From a virus (lineage: Duplodnaviria > Caudoviricetes), in IMG/VR virus record IMGVR_UViG_3300047160_002455, positions 1-64,000 of that record: a stretch of 64,000 nucleotides of DNA. The stretch is one strand, 5' to 3'. A program made the position numbers and the translations under genes. Positions 1-9,100 of this stretch are shown here, piece by piece. The notes beneath the pieces are model-generated. The model was not told the origin of the DNA. It saw only the letters and a program-made list of their open reading frames with translations, and made no database searches. Position 1 is the stretch's first letter. The number at the start of each line of letters is the position of its first letter.

Positions 1-17
1 GCTCACCGCAGCACTGG

Positions 18-1568
18 ATGCGGTTACTGGCACCGGCAAAGGACACTTGGGAGGGAAGAGGACGGTACGACAGGACGCCACCGAAGTTACCGATACCGCC
101 TTTCAGACCAGCGCGGACTATCGCGGGCGCGGAGCAGTACGCTTGGAATCTGGGGGTGAATGCTACCTACACGACGCGCCCTTACGGGAGTAAGCGCGAG
201 AGCAAGAAAGACCTGTTCATTGCCAACACGGTCAATAGGGTGCTGGCAGAAGCAAAGGCGCGTGGCTGGGCGATCCCTAGAAACGTCGCTGTCACTACTA
301 CTGGCATCATGCCCCAAAGCGCGGTTGCCGGGTACGAGGAGCCGCATGACGATCATGTGGAGACGTTGTGGATCAACCGCGATAACGACAAGTGGGGCAA
401 GGATGGTGGCTCACTTGCGGAGAAATCCCATGCTAACCGTTGGATGGTAGCAGAAACCGTGCCTGAGTTGATCGTCCACGAGCTAGGTCACTGCAACCAT
501 TTGCATCAAGCGGGGTATGAGGACTACCACAAGTACGATGAATGGACAGACTATCTTGCGAAAGCACCGATTAGTCAGCTGCGCCGCGCCATTGCCGACG
601 TAGAGAGGAAGAGGCAGATCGCTGAGAAAGTCAGTCGTTATGCCAAAGCATCCCCTGGTGAGTTCGTAGCAGAGGTGTGGGTGGGACTGAGCAAGGGGAT
701 TAAGTACGACAAGGACATAATGGACCTGTACCATGAGATCAAGGGACCGGACCCCGGTAAAGTGAAAGTGGCAGCGAACGTGTTCTGTCCTACGGGGCAG
801 GGCGGCGGGGTTGATCCGAGTTGTGGTAAGAACGGTGCTGCCGTCGCTGCGCTAAAGTCACCTAGCGAACGGCAGGAAACGCTTGCCATGTACCGGGAAC
901 GTCACCTCAACGTCCCCGGTTACAAACCGGCAAAGACGTTAGAAGCGGCGGTACGTTACGCTAAGTCGCTTGGGTTGAAGGACATTAACTATCTGGCGCA
1001 CGGTTCGCGGCGCGGTTCTGATCCAGAATCGCAGAAGCTAGCACTGGACGCTGCGAATGTAGCGAACAAGGTGCTGACTTATGCCAAGCAACACCATTGG
1101 ACGCTGCCCAAAGGCATAAACCTCGTCCAGGGCGGGCGACCGTCTGATGAGATGGCTAACTACGACCCCAGAGATGACTCGCTGAATATAAACATGCCGA
1201 ACAAGGCATGGGGGGAGCACGGTGCAAACGCGCTGGAGAGGGCGGAGATGATTCTGTGGCTCGCGGTAGGATCACAGGAAGGGGTTATCTGTCATGAGCT
1301 AGGGCACTGCCAGTGGTCTCACAATCAACAGCTAAGAAAGCAGCTGATGGCTAGACAGTGGGTGACAAGCATCGACCCGTATGAGTATTCCGACCCGAAC
1401 CGTGAGATACTGGAGAGAGAAGATACAGCAAGGGAAGTCAGTCGCTATGCCAGTCAGAGACCAGGTGAGTTCGTAGCGGAGACATTTTCAGGTCTGGTAT
1501 TCCACAGGCACTACTCCGATGCCGTCATGAAGCTATATCACAGTCTGGGAGGTCAAGACCCAACATGA
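18..1568 (+). CDS. Head-associated (MuF-type effector) protein with two HEXXH zinc-metallopeptidase domains; probably 5'-partial
   Basis: VHELGH...SRYAKASPGEFVAE and CHELGH...SRYASQRPGEFVAE, separated by NVFCPTGQGGGVDPSC; frame is open back to the window edge. Confidence 0.75.
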   Translation: MRLLAPAKDTWEGRGRYDRTPPKLPIPPFRPARTIAGAEQYAWNLGVNATYTTRPYGSKRESKKDLFIANTVNRVLAEAKARGWAIPRNVAVTTTGIMPQSAVAGYEEPHDDHVETLWINRDNDKWGKDGGSLAEKSHANRWMVAETVPELIVHELGHCNHLHQAGYEDYHKYDEWTDYLAKAPISQLRRAIADVERKRQIAEKVSRYAKASPGEFVAEVWVGLSKGIKYDKDIMDLYHEIKGPDPGKVKVAANVFCPTGQGGGVDPSCGKNGAAVAALKSPSERQETLAMYRERHLNVPGYKPAKTLEAAVRYAKSLGLKDINYLAHGSRRGSDPESQKLALDAANVANKVLTYAKQHHWTLPKGINLVQGGRPSDEMANYDPRDDSLNINMPNKAWGEHGANALERAEMILWLAVGSQEGVICHELGHCQWSHNQQLRKQLMARQWVTSIDPYEYSDPNREILEREDTAREVSRYASQRPGEFVAETFSGLVFHRHYSDAVMKLYHSLGGQDPT

Positions 1569-3133
1569 TTAGGTTACCTATGTGCGCTTACTGCCAGCGC
1601 TTCGCGACACAGCGGCGCGACGGTGAGTTCTGTACTGCCTATCCAGACGGCACCGGCATTCCGCGCGAGATTCTGGATAGCAAGGTGGACCATCGCAAAC
1701 CCTATCCTGGGGATCATGGTTTGCAGTTCAAGCAGCGCAGCGACATGCCGGATTTTTTCGCGGGCGGGTGGACACCGGCTACGACACCAACGGAAAACCA
1801 CCTGTCGAATGAATGGACTCCTATTGGTGTCAACGTCTACTGTGCCACGGGACCGGGCGGCGGCAAAGATCCCACCTGCTCACCGGGGAAGTTTCACGAG
1901 ACTAGAATCTTCGGTGGTAAGGCGCGCGTGCGCGAGTTAGACCAGAGTTTGCCCAAGCTGGATGTGCCTGAACAGTGGAAGTCCGTACCGGGTCAGCAGC
2001 ACTTACCCTTCCCCGGTGGGCAAACGACGCAAGTGGCGCAGCGGGTTGTTTACCGCAAACTGAAGGCACGCGAACGCGCTGAGAAACTGGCGCAGATGAG
2101 TACGACCGCCAAGCAGAAGCGTGAAGAGAAACTTGCCCAACGGCGCGAGAAGGCACGTATCAAGCGCGAAGCTAGACCTCCGGAGGAAGCAGAGGCATCG
2201 CGAGTTAAGAGAGAGGCGCGCCGTGCTAAGTATAAAGCAGGACAGGAAGCGTTGAAACGGGTGGGTGGTGGGCAGGCACCGCCCACACCGCCACCGGCAG
2301 GAACCCATGAACAGGCGGGTACGCTCCCCGACAGTGACCAGCGCACGGAACTGGAACACCAGACGTTCAAGTCTCGGAAAGACCACGGGGGCGGTATCGA
2401 AAAGACGGAGACGGTTGTATTGGGAGATGGCACTAAGGGTCTATACAAACCAGAGTCTGGAGAGAACACGGACCCGGAAGGACGCCGCTTCATCCACGGT
2501 TACAAGTGGGCGCGAGAGGTTATGACTTCAGTAGCAGCGTCTCTCTTCGGTATGGATGATCTAGTGCCGGTGACCGTCGATCATGACGACGGGCACGGTG
2601 GGCACGGAGCGTTGCGTCGCTATGTGGACAATGCCGATGCTGCAGCAGACATGGGGATCGCGGCACAAATGATAGGCAAGATATTCGACGGTAAGAAGGA
2701 CTTGGCGCGGGCGGCTGCCTTTGACTTTGCCATAGGTAACGAGGACCGGCATACGGGCAACTGGTTGGTGACGAAAGGTACGGACCCCAAGCTGGTGCTA
2801 ATTGACCACGGTTACACTTTCCCGTCGCGTAACGAGAAAGAGTGGGGCAACTATATGATCGGGCACGAAGCTAAGGACTTGGAGATTCCAGAGGAAGCGC
2901 GGCACTGGATCGACAAGTGGTCCCAGGTGGAGAGGCACATGAAAGCACTTGGGTTCCGTAAGGTCGAAATTGAGGCAGCGCACGATAGAATCAAAGCGTT
3001 GTCGAACAAGAAGTACAAGAAGTTCAGTGACCTAAAGAACGTGTGGGATAACGGGCGCGGGTACAAAGCGGCAGCGGAAGTCGGTTACAGCACCGGCTAT
3101 AAACACAGAGGTTCCTCTGCTTTGAAAGCGTGA
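1565..3133 (+). CDS. Fusion: Cys-rich small module + linker tag + PI3/PI4-kinase-like (HipA/CtkA-like) domain
   Basis: N-terminal CAYC...CTAYPDGTGIPREI...DHRKPYPGDHGLQF; C-terminal GLYKP...REV...GNEDRHTGNWL...LIDHG kinase motifs. Confidence 0.75.
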   Translation: MIRLPMCAYCQRFATQRRDGEFCTAYPDGTGIPREILDSKVDHRKPYPGDHGLQFKQRSDMPDFFAGGWTPATTPTENHLSNEWTPIGVNVYCATGPGGGKDPTCSPGKFHETRIFGGKARVRELDQSLPKLDVPEQWKSVPGQQHLPFPGGQTTQVAQRVVYRKLKARERAEKLAQMSTTAKQKREEKLAQRREKARIKREARPPEEAEASRVKREARRAKYKAGQEALKRVGGGQAPPTPPPAGTHEQAGTLPDSDQRTELEHQTFKSRKDHGGGIEKTETVVLGDGTKGLYKPESGENTDPEGRRFIHGYKWAREVMTSVAASLFGMDDLVPVTVDHDDGHGGHGALRRYVDNADAAADMGIAAQMIGKIFDGKKDLARAAAFDFAIGNEDRHTGNWLVTKGTDPKLVLIDHGYTFPSRNEKEWGNYMIGHEAKDLEIPEEARHWIDKWSQVERHMKALGFRKVEIEAAHDRIKALSNKKYKKFSDLKNVWDNGRGYKAAAEVGYSTGYKHRGSSALKA

Positions 3134-3137
3134 TGAA

Positions 3138-4862
3138 ATGCCTACAATTGCGGTCGATGTTTATAGGCTGGGTAAGGATGCTGAGCCCGAAGTTGCAGGA
3201 ACAATCACCTGGAACGGCGCGGAGTTTGTCTGTTCACCAGCGGACAGTGACCTGCTACACCACATGCTCGGTGACGAAATTTTGGGCAACAGTGGACCGG
3301 TCACTGCCAAGGACGGCGCGGAGTTCATCAACAACCTTTGCCGCCAGTACCACGGTTCCTACATCTGGGTGTCGAAACCGCGCACGTCGGACGATGGAGG
3401 TTGGACACCGGTCGGCAACAGCGCGCCAGTGGGCAAGTCACCGAACAACGGATGGACGCCCATTGGGGTGAATGTTTACTGCCCTACTGGTAAAGGGGGC
3501 GGTAAAGACCCAACCTGCTCACCTGGGGGGCAGGCAGCGCTTGACACCCCATCAACAGCTCGCAAGCCGTGGGATGGAATGCCATCACCGGGGGTGATGG
3601 GATCGTCGGCAGGGAAAGGGGAACCTCGTGCGTCGGAACTGAAAGTGGTAGGGCAGACAACAGCGCTGGCGCAGGAACGTGCCAGGCTCGAACAGAAGGC
3701 ACGAGAAATTGCCGCCGCTGGGTGGGTTGCCCCAGGAGAAACAACGAAGCTGGCAGGGGAAGCGATTCATCTCAAGCAGAAGCAAGCTAAAGCTGCTGAG
3801 AAGGCGGCGGAGATGGGCGCAGCTACGAGGGCGCAGCATGAGGAGAAACTTGCCAAGCGGCGCGAGAAAGCGCTACTGAAGCGACAACAGAGAGGTCCAG
3901 AGGAGGCAGAAGCATCGCGAGTCAAAAGAGAAGCGCGACGTGTGAAGTACAAAGCACGGCAGGCAGCGCTAGAAAAGGCAGGTGGAGGAGAGGCAGTCCC
4001 ACCAGTACCGCGAGCACCGCGCCAGAAAAAGCAGCTGCAACCACCTCCAGCTGGGGGACATGACCAGGCAGGGACGCTCCCTGACACCCCGGAACGGACG
4101 GACCTGGAACATCAGGCATTCACCGATGTGAAGGTGAAACCAAAGGGCGGTATCGAGAAAACGGAAGATGTCAAACTCGGAGATGGTACGCAAGGTTTCT
4201 ACAAACCCGAAGACGGTGAGGACAAGAGAAAGGATACACGACGGTTTGTTCACGGTTACCACTGGGCAAGAGAGGTCATGTCCTCAGTGGCGGCATCGTT
4301 ATTCGGCATGGATGATATGGTGCCGGTCACCGTCGATCACGATGATGGACATGGCGGGCACGGTGCGCTTCGTCGCTGGATAGAACATGCTGACGTCGGT
4401 GCCAATAAGTATACCGATGCCGAGAAGTTTGACGGTGAGAAAGACGTGGCGCGAGCAGCTGCTTTTGATTTCGCTACTGGCAACACGGATCGACACGGTA
4501 GGAACTGGATGGTCAAGGATGGTACCGGCAAGTTAGTCTTGATTGACCACGGTCTGGGCTTCCCCTCCAGCAACACACCAGCATGGGGCAATGCTCAGAT
4601 CATGGAACACTGTAGGAAGATGAAGATTCCGGAGGAGTGCCGTCACTGGATCGACCAATGGGACAAGATGGAAAAGCACATGAAAGCGCTGGGGTTTCGA
4701 GACGTGGAAATCAAAGCGACACATGAAAGAGTCGCAGCGCTGGCAGACCCAAAGTACAAGAAGTTTGAAGACCTGAGGGGAGTGTGGGATACAGGTTATG
4801 GTTATCCAGGTCATGAAGCGGGCATGAGTCCGGCAGCACATTGGAAACGGCAAGCATGGTAA
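3138..4862 (+). CDS. Fusion: ~95-aa putative immunity module + linker tag + second PI3/PI4-kinase-like domain
   Basis: GFYKP...REV...GNTDRHGRNWM...LIDHG; clear paralog of 1565..3133; N-terminus homologous to 4872..5162. Confidence 0.75.
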   Translation: MPTIAVDVYRLGKDAEPEVAGTITWNGAEFVCSPADSDLLHHMLGDEILGNSGPVTAKDGAEFINNLCRQYHGSYIWVSKPRTSDDGGWTPVGNSAPVGKSPNNGWTPIGVNVYCPTGKGGGKDPTCSPGGQAALDTPSTARKPWDGMPSPGVMGSSAGKGEPRASELKVVGQTTALAQERARLEQKAREIAAAGWVAPGETTKLAGEAIHLKQKQAKAAEKAAEMGAATRAQHEEKLAKRREKALLKRQQRGPEEAEASRVKREARRVKYKARQAALEKAGGGEAVPPVPRAPRQKKQLQPPPAGGHDQAGTLPDTPERTDLEHQAFTDVKVKPKGGIEKTEDVKLGDGTQGFYKPEDGEDKRKDTRRFVHGYHWAREVMSSVAASLFGMDDMVPVTVDHDDGHGGHGALRRWIEHADVGANKYTDAEKFDGEKDVARAAAFDFATGNTDRHGRNWMVKDGTGKLVLIDHGLGFPSSNTPAWGNAQIMEHCRKMKIPEECRHWIDQWDKMEKHMKALGFRDVEIKATHERVAALADPKYKKFEDLRGVWDTGYGYPGHEAGMSPAAHWKRQAW

Positions 4863-4871
4863 GGAGGGTAT

Positions 4872-5162
4872 ATGCCTACCATCACGGTTGAAGTATGGGG
4901 TCGGAACAAGGTAATGGACCCCGTGCGCTTGGGGTCGATCACCTGGAACGGTAGCAAGTTCACCTGCGATCCCGACACTCGGTTGTTGCAGAGCATCGTC
5001 AACGACACGATCCTGGGGGAAGTCAACGGGCAGATGCAGAGTGTAACCGCGAACGACGGCGCGGTGTTCATCAACAGTCTGTGTCGCAACTACAACGGTT
5101 CCGCGCTGTGGGTGTCGGAACCGGTTGCGGACAACGAAGGCTGGACCCCGGTTGGCAAGTAG
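4872..5162 (+). CDS. Stand-alone putative immunity/partner protein for the upstream kinase
   Basis: Aligns with the N-terminus of 3138..4862 (ITWNG.F.C; VTA.DGA.FIN.LCR.Y.GS..WVS.P); SD aaggagg upstream. Confidence 0.6.
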   Translation: MPTITVEVWGRNKVMDPVRLGSITWNGSKFTCDPDTRLLQSIVNDTILGEVNGQMQSVTANDGAVFINSLCRNYNGSALWVSEPVADNEGWTPVGK

Positions 5163-5171
5163 GAGCACCTT

Positions 5172-5432
5172 ATGGGGAGTTCCACGGTGAACGGCAGTCT
5201 GACCCCGATTCAGCAGAAGATGCTTGATATGCTCAGCGACGGTGCGCCGCACAGTCGCGAGGAACTATGTACCTGCCTGTTCGATGATCTTGGGAACCCG
5301 ACCAACATCCACGCTCATCTCACCCTCATTCGGCAGTTCTGCCGCCCGCGCGGTGAGGACATTGTCAGCAACTATGACGGTCGCTGGACCTATCGACTGG
5401 TGCGCTTAATGGGCAACCCATATCGCGGATGA
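5172..5432 (+). CDS. Small winged-HTH-like protein
   Basis: LTPIQQKMLDMLSDGAPHSREEL...NIHAHLTLIRQ resembles an OmpR-type wHTH; SD aaggag. Confidence 0.5.
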   Translation: MGSSTVNGSLTPIQQKMLDMLSDGAPHSREELCTCLFDDLGNPTNIHAHLTLIRQFCRPRGEDIVSNYDGRWTYRLVRLMGNPYRG

Positions 5433-5451
5433 ATCCTTTTCCGTCGGCGCG

Positions 5452-5478
5452 CATCTAACTATGGGTGAGAGTTAGATG
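5452..5478. promoter_or_regulatory. Inverted repeat CATCTAACT-N9-AGTTAGATG (operator or hairpin)
   Basis: Perfect 9-bp arms in the intergenic spacer upstream of 5502. Confidence 0.45.
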
Positions 5479-5501
5479 TGACTTGTAAAAAGGAGGAGCA
5501 C

Positions 5502-6074
5502 ATGCGACGGAAGATCGTGATTAAGAATCACACCCACTGGCGCACGGACCACATCCGTGCATTCATCCACCGCGCCGCTGACATGGTACTCGACCCGGAG
5601 CAGAAGCCACGACTGCACGCGACGGTGACCTACACCCGCGTGGCAGGGCAAGGTTGGGCGTCGGGTTGTGCCTGGGTGGGCGGTAACAGCTTCACCGTTC
5701 GTCTCGACCATACGGTGGTTGACAAGGTAGACTTTGCCGGTGTCATTGGTCACGAGATCGGGCACTGCAAGGGACTGCACCACCGCGATATGCGGGGTAA
5801 CGCTTACTACAAACGGGGCGGTAAGCACCGTGAGTTGTACGCTTGGGCAAAGGAACTGCCTTTGGAGAAGCGCGCCATCAAGGTCAAGGTGCCCGTCACC
5901 GGTGTTGCGCTTGTCGAGAAGAAACTGGAGCATGCTCAGAAGATGGCAGCGAAGTGGCAGGTTATGACCAAGCGTGCGCAAGCGCGCGCGAAGCGCTGGC
6001 AGCGCAAAGTCAAGTATCACGAAGCGCGCTTAGCACGACTCAAAGCTGCCGAAAACGTATCGACAAATAAGTAG
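5502..6074 (+). CDS. SprT-like/HEXXH metalloprotein with basic coiled-coil C-terminus
   Basis: GHEIGHCKGLHH; strong SD aaggagg before ATG 5502. Confidence 0.55.
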   Translation: MRRKIVIKNHTHWRTDHIRAFIHRAADMVLDPEQKPRLHATVTYTRVAGQGWASGCAWVGGNSFTVRLDHTVVDKVDFAGVIGHEIGHCKGLHHRDMRGNAYYKRGGKHRELYAWAKELPLEKRAIKVKVPVTGVALVEKKLEHAQKMAAKWQVMTKRAQARAKRWQRKVKYHEARLARLKAAENVSTNK

Positions 6075-6081
6075 CTGTTGC

Positions 6082-6095
6082 TAAATAGCTATTTA
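6082..6095. promoter_or_regulatory. Perfect 14-bp palindrome TAAATAGCTATTTA
   Basis: AT-rich palindrome in the spacer before the protease gene. Confidence 0.45.
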
Positions 6096-6133
6096 TTATT
6101 CCGCTCTACACTTCACAACTCTCCATACCCGCT

Positions 6134-9100
6134 GTGATAATTCCAGCAGGTATGGAGATTATCACAACCAACCTCAAAAGCGCGGGCGTCCGTCGTGCTA
6201 TTCGCAATGGACGCGAATACTACGTCTGCAGTGCGTCCATCATCAACCCTGGTGTCCTCGCGGGCAGCAAGGGCGCGCTCTACTATCCCCCCGATGAATG
6301 TCAGCGCAACGCTAGAGATTGGGAAGGGACACCGCTAGTCCTCTATCATCCGACTCGCAACGGGCAATACGTTTCGATTCGTGACGATCCTTCCGCAATT
6401 GATCGTCAGGGACTGGGGGAGTTCCTGAAACCGCGCTTCAAATCAAAGCTGGGCGGTGAAATGTGGTTCGACGCCCAGAAGGTTGCCAATGCCGACAAGT
6501 ACCTGGTCAAGAATGGCGTCGAACCCATCCTGCCGCGCTTGCGCAAAGGCATCCCGGTTGAACTGAGCACCGGACTGTTTACTGAGAACATACCAGCGGA
6601 ACAGGGCGCGATGTTCAACGGCAGACCGTACACGCACGTTGCCCGCAACTACCGCCCCGACCATATCGCGATCCTACCGAATCAGATTGGCGCGTGCATT
6701 CTACCGGGACAGGAGATACAGGGACGTATCACCAAGGCTTCAAAAGCCTGGTACACGGGGGAAGCCATTCGGATTGAGACTCTTTCTGGAGAACTTCTTT
6801 CCGTCACTCCGAATCACCCCATACTTACCGATATGGGGTTTGTTCCTGCCAGCGATCTCACAGAAGGTCAAAATCTTTTGCACTATGTCCGGGAAGACAA
6901 AGCCACTACCACCGATACGAACGAAAAGTATGCTCCAGCCTTGGCTGAGGATGTATTTGATGCGCTGGCGAGCCTCTCTACGCATGAGGAAGCTGTAAGG
7001 ACCAGAGCTACGACATTGGACTTCCACGGCGATGCGGGGTTCTTCCAAGGCGATGTCCAAATTGTAAGTCCCCAGAGCGCGCTGTCGAGTGGTAGTGTAC
7101 CCAAGACCGCGAAGAGATTCATACAAGGCGGTTTCGGTGGGAGAGGCAACTGTCAATCGTCTCTGTCTAGTCGCAGCCATACGCAACAGTTCACCAGGTT
7201 GGTGGACGCGACCGACGTTCGCCAAGTTAGCTTTGGCAGTGAATCTCTTACGCTGCTTGAACGTCAGCCCGGAGTACATGAGGCGAGAGGCGGAGGAAGC
7301 GTCTCGCGTGATACCGCGCTCCTTGAGCCAGGCGTAGATGACGCCCTGGTTGATACCCAATTCTCTCTTAATTTCATAAGCGTTTTTCCCAGCGCGGTAG
7401 GCTGCGACAACTTCTCGAACAAGTTGGGGTGGGAAGCGGGCTTCGGAAACCAACCTCTTACCGGATTTTGTGTATTCGGACCTGGAGCGGAACTGAACAT
7501 TTCTCTTCCTAAGACGGTCTCGAACCGTCGAGTTATGGAGGCAAAACTCTTTAGACAACTGCTTCATACTTTTCCCAGCAAGATAACCACGGACAAGATC
7601 GTCCACTTGGACAGATTTTTTCATAATGGTCCCGTATACGATTTTGAATCTTCGCTTGGATACATTATCGCACAGAAACTTCTCGTAAGCAACTGCTCCA
7701 TCAACGATGGTTGTGGAGTGCTGGTCAACGCACGAGGGGGCGACGGTGCAGCATGGTACCCCGTGGTGGGGAACGAAGCGCGGGACGTGCGCTTAGTGCC
7801 GGTTCAAAATGTTTGGACGGATGCAGCTAGGCAGGCATCTGCGGAAGCCCGCAGCGCTTCCAAAAAGGCACATGAGGCATCCGCGAAGATCGGTCACCGT
7901 ACCATCCTCGACCCCAGCTATGCCAGCACGGGGATGTCTGGACCATCTGACATCCACTACCATGCCGCCCACTTGCACATGGGCGCTGCTGCTGAACTGC
8001 TGAACGAAGCGAACAGAGACGATAACGCTGGTTACTTCGATAAGGCAAACATGAAGCGCGATGTTGCCCAGATGCACGAAGATGCTGCCTTGTCCAACTT
8101 CAACGCTGCACGAGAAATCGAGGGATCTGTCCATCGACCAAGTCAACCAAAGCTAGGTTGGCAGCAGAACCAACGAAACCCGACCGCCAATATGTGGTCG
8201 GAGGAAGCGCGTCAGGCAGCACTGGAGGCACGTCGCGCAAGCGCCACTGCCGGTGCCAAGTCCCGCGAAGCGGCTGCCTACCACGGCAGCTTCGAGGAAT
8301 CGGAGATGTACAAGGCAGGGCAGCGCGGTCAGAAAGCTGACTCCGTCAAGCAACATCTACAGGCAGCGGAGATGCACCGTATCGCTGCTGAAAAGCACGA
8401 GCGCACAGCGGACTATCTGGGCAGCGGCGATGCTGGTAGAGGGGAGCACTATCGCGCTGCCAAGTTGAACATGGACGCTGCCGATGCTCACGAGCGCGCC
8501 GCTGGGATCAAGAGCGGTGGCGGGATGCACGGTGGTGGAGGGTTCGGTGCCATGAATCCACAGGGACCGCCTAAACCAGTACAGGCACAGCTATCGCGCG
8601 GCTCCGGTGTTGCCGGTGAGTCTCTGGAAATGTCGCGTGAAGCAGCGCAGCGCGTCTCCAACCAGTGGCAGGCAATCCGCAATGTCTGGACTGAGGAAGC
8701 CCGTGCTGCCGCTGCCGCCTCGAAGCGTGCTAAAGCAATCAGTGACAAGCACCCGGAGCAATCCGAAGAATCAAAAAAGGCAGGAGAGAGGGCATTCAGT
8801 GATGCTAAGTATGCCGGTGGTAAGGGCGGACCGTACTTGCATATTCAAGCGCGGCAATCGCATAACAACGCTGCTGAGATAGCGGAGCGCGAAGGACACC
8901 CCGACCTTGCTGCTGCCCATCGTGAAGCGGGTATTGCCCACGAGACCGCTAGACGGCAGACGGAGGCAGTTCAGTACGTCCACGGCAAAGCGGTGGACCC
9001 GTATGTCAAACCAACCAGCAACGATAAGAAGCAACCGTCTGAGGAACTGGACATCTCCAGTGAGAAGGCATGTCAGATACTGCACGATAAGGAAGTGCGC

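Larger units (their letters stand above)
6695..7693 (+). mobile_element. Intein (333 aa, Cys1...Ser-Asn, +1 Cys)
   Basis: Starts CILPGQEI, block B SVTPNHPILT, block F/G GPVYDFES...LLVSN|C; removal restores GACSINDGCG. Confidence 0.9.

Noticed and set aside
2030-4760. Duplicated kinase regions as DGR template/variable repeats
   Set aside because: No reverse transcriptase in the window, and differences are synonymous third-position changes rather than adenine-specific
4533-6020. Long antisense ORFs such as 4533..5252 and 5472..6020 (also 11505..12299, 32088..32933, 42278..43027)
   Set aside because: Shadow frames of GC-rich genes with no motifs, RBS or promoter, unlike the intein-nested ORF
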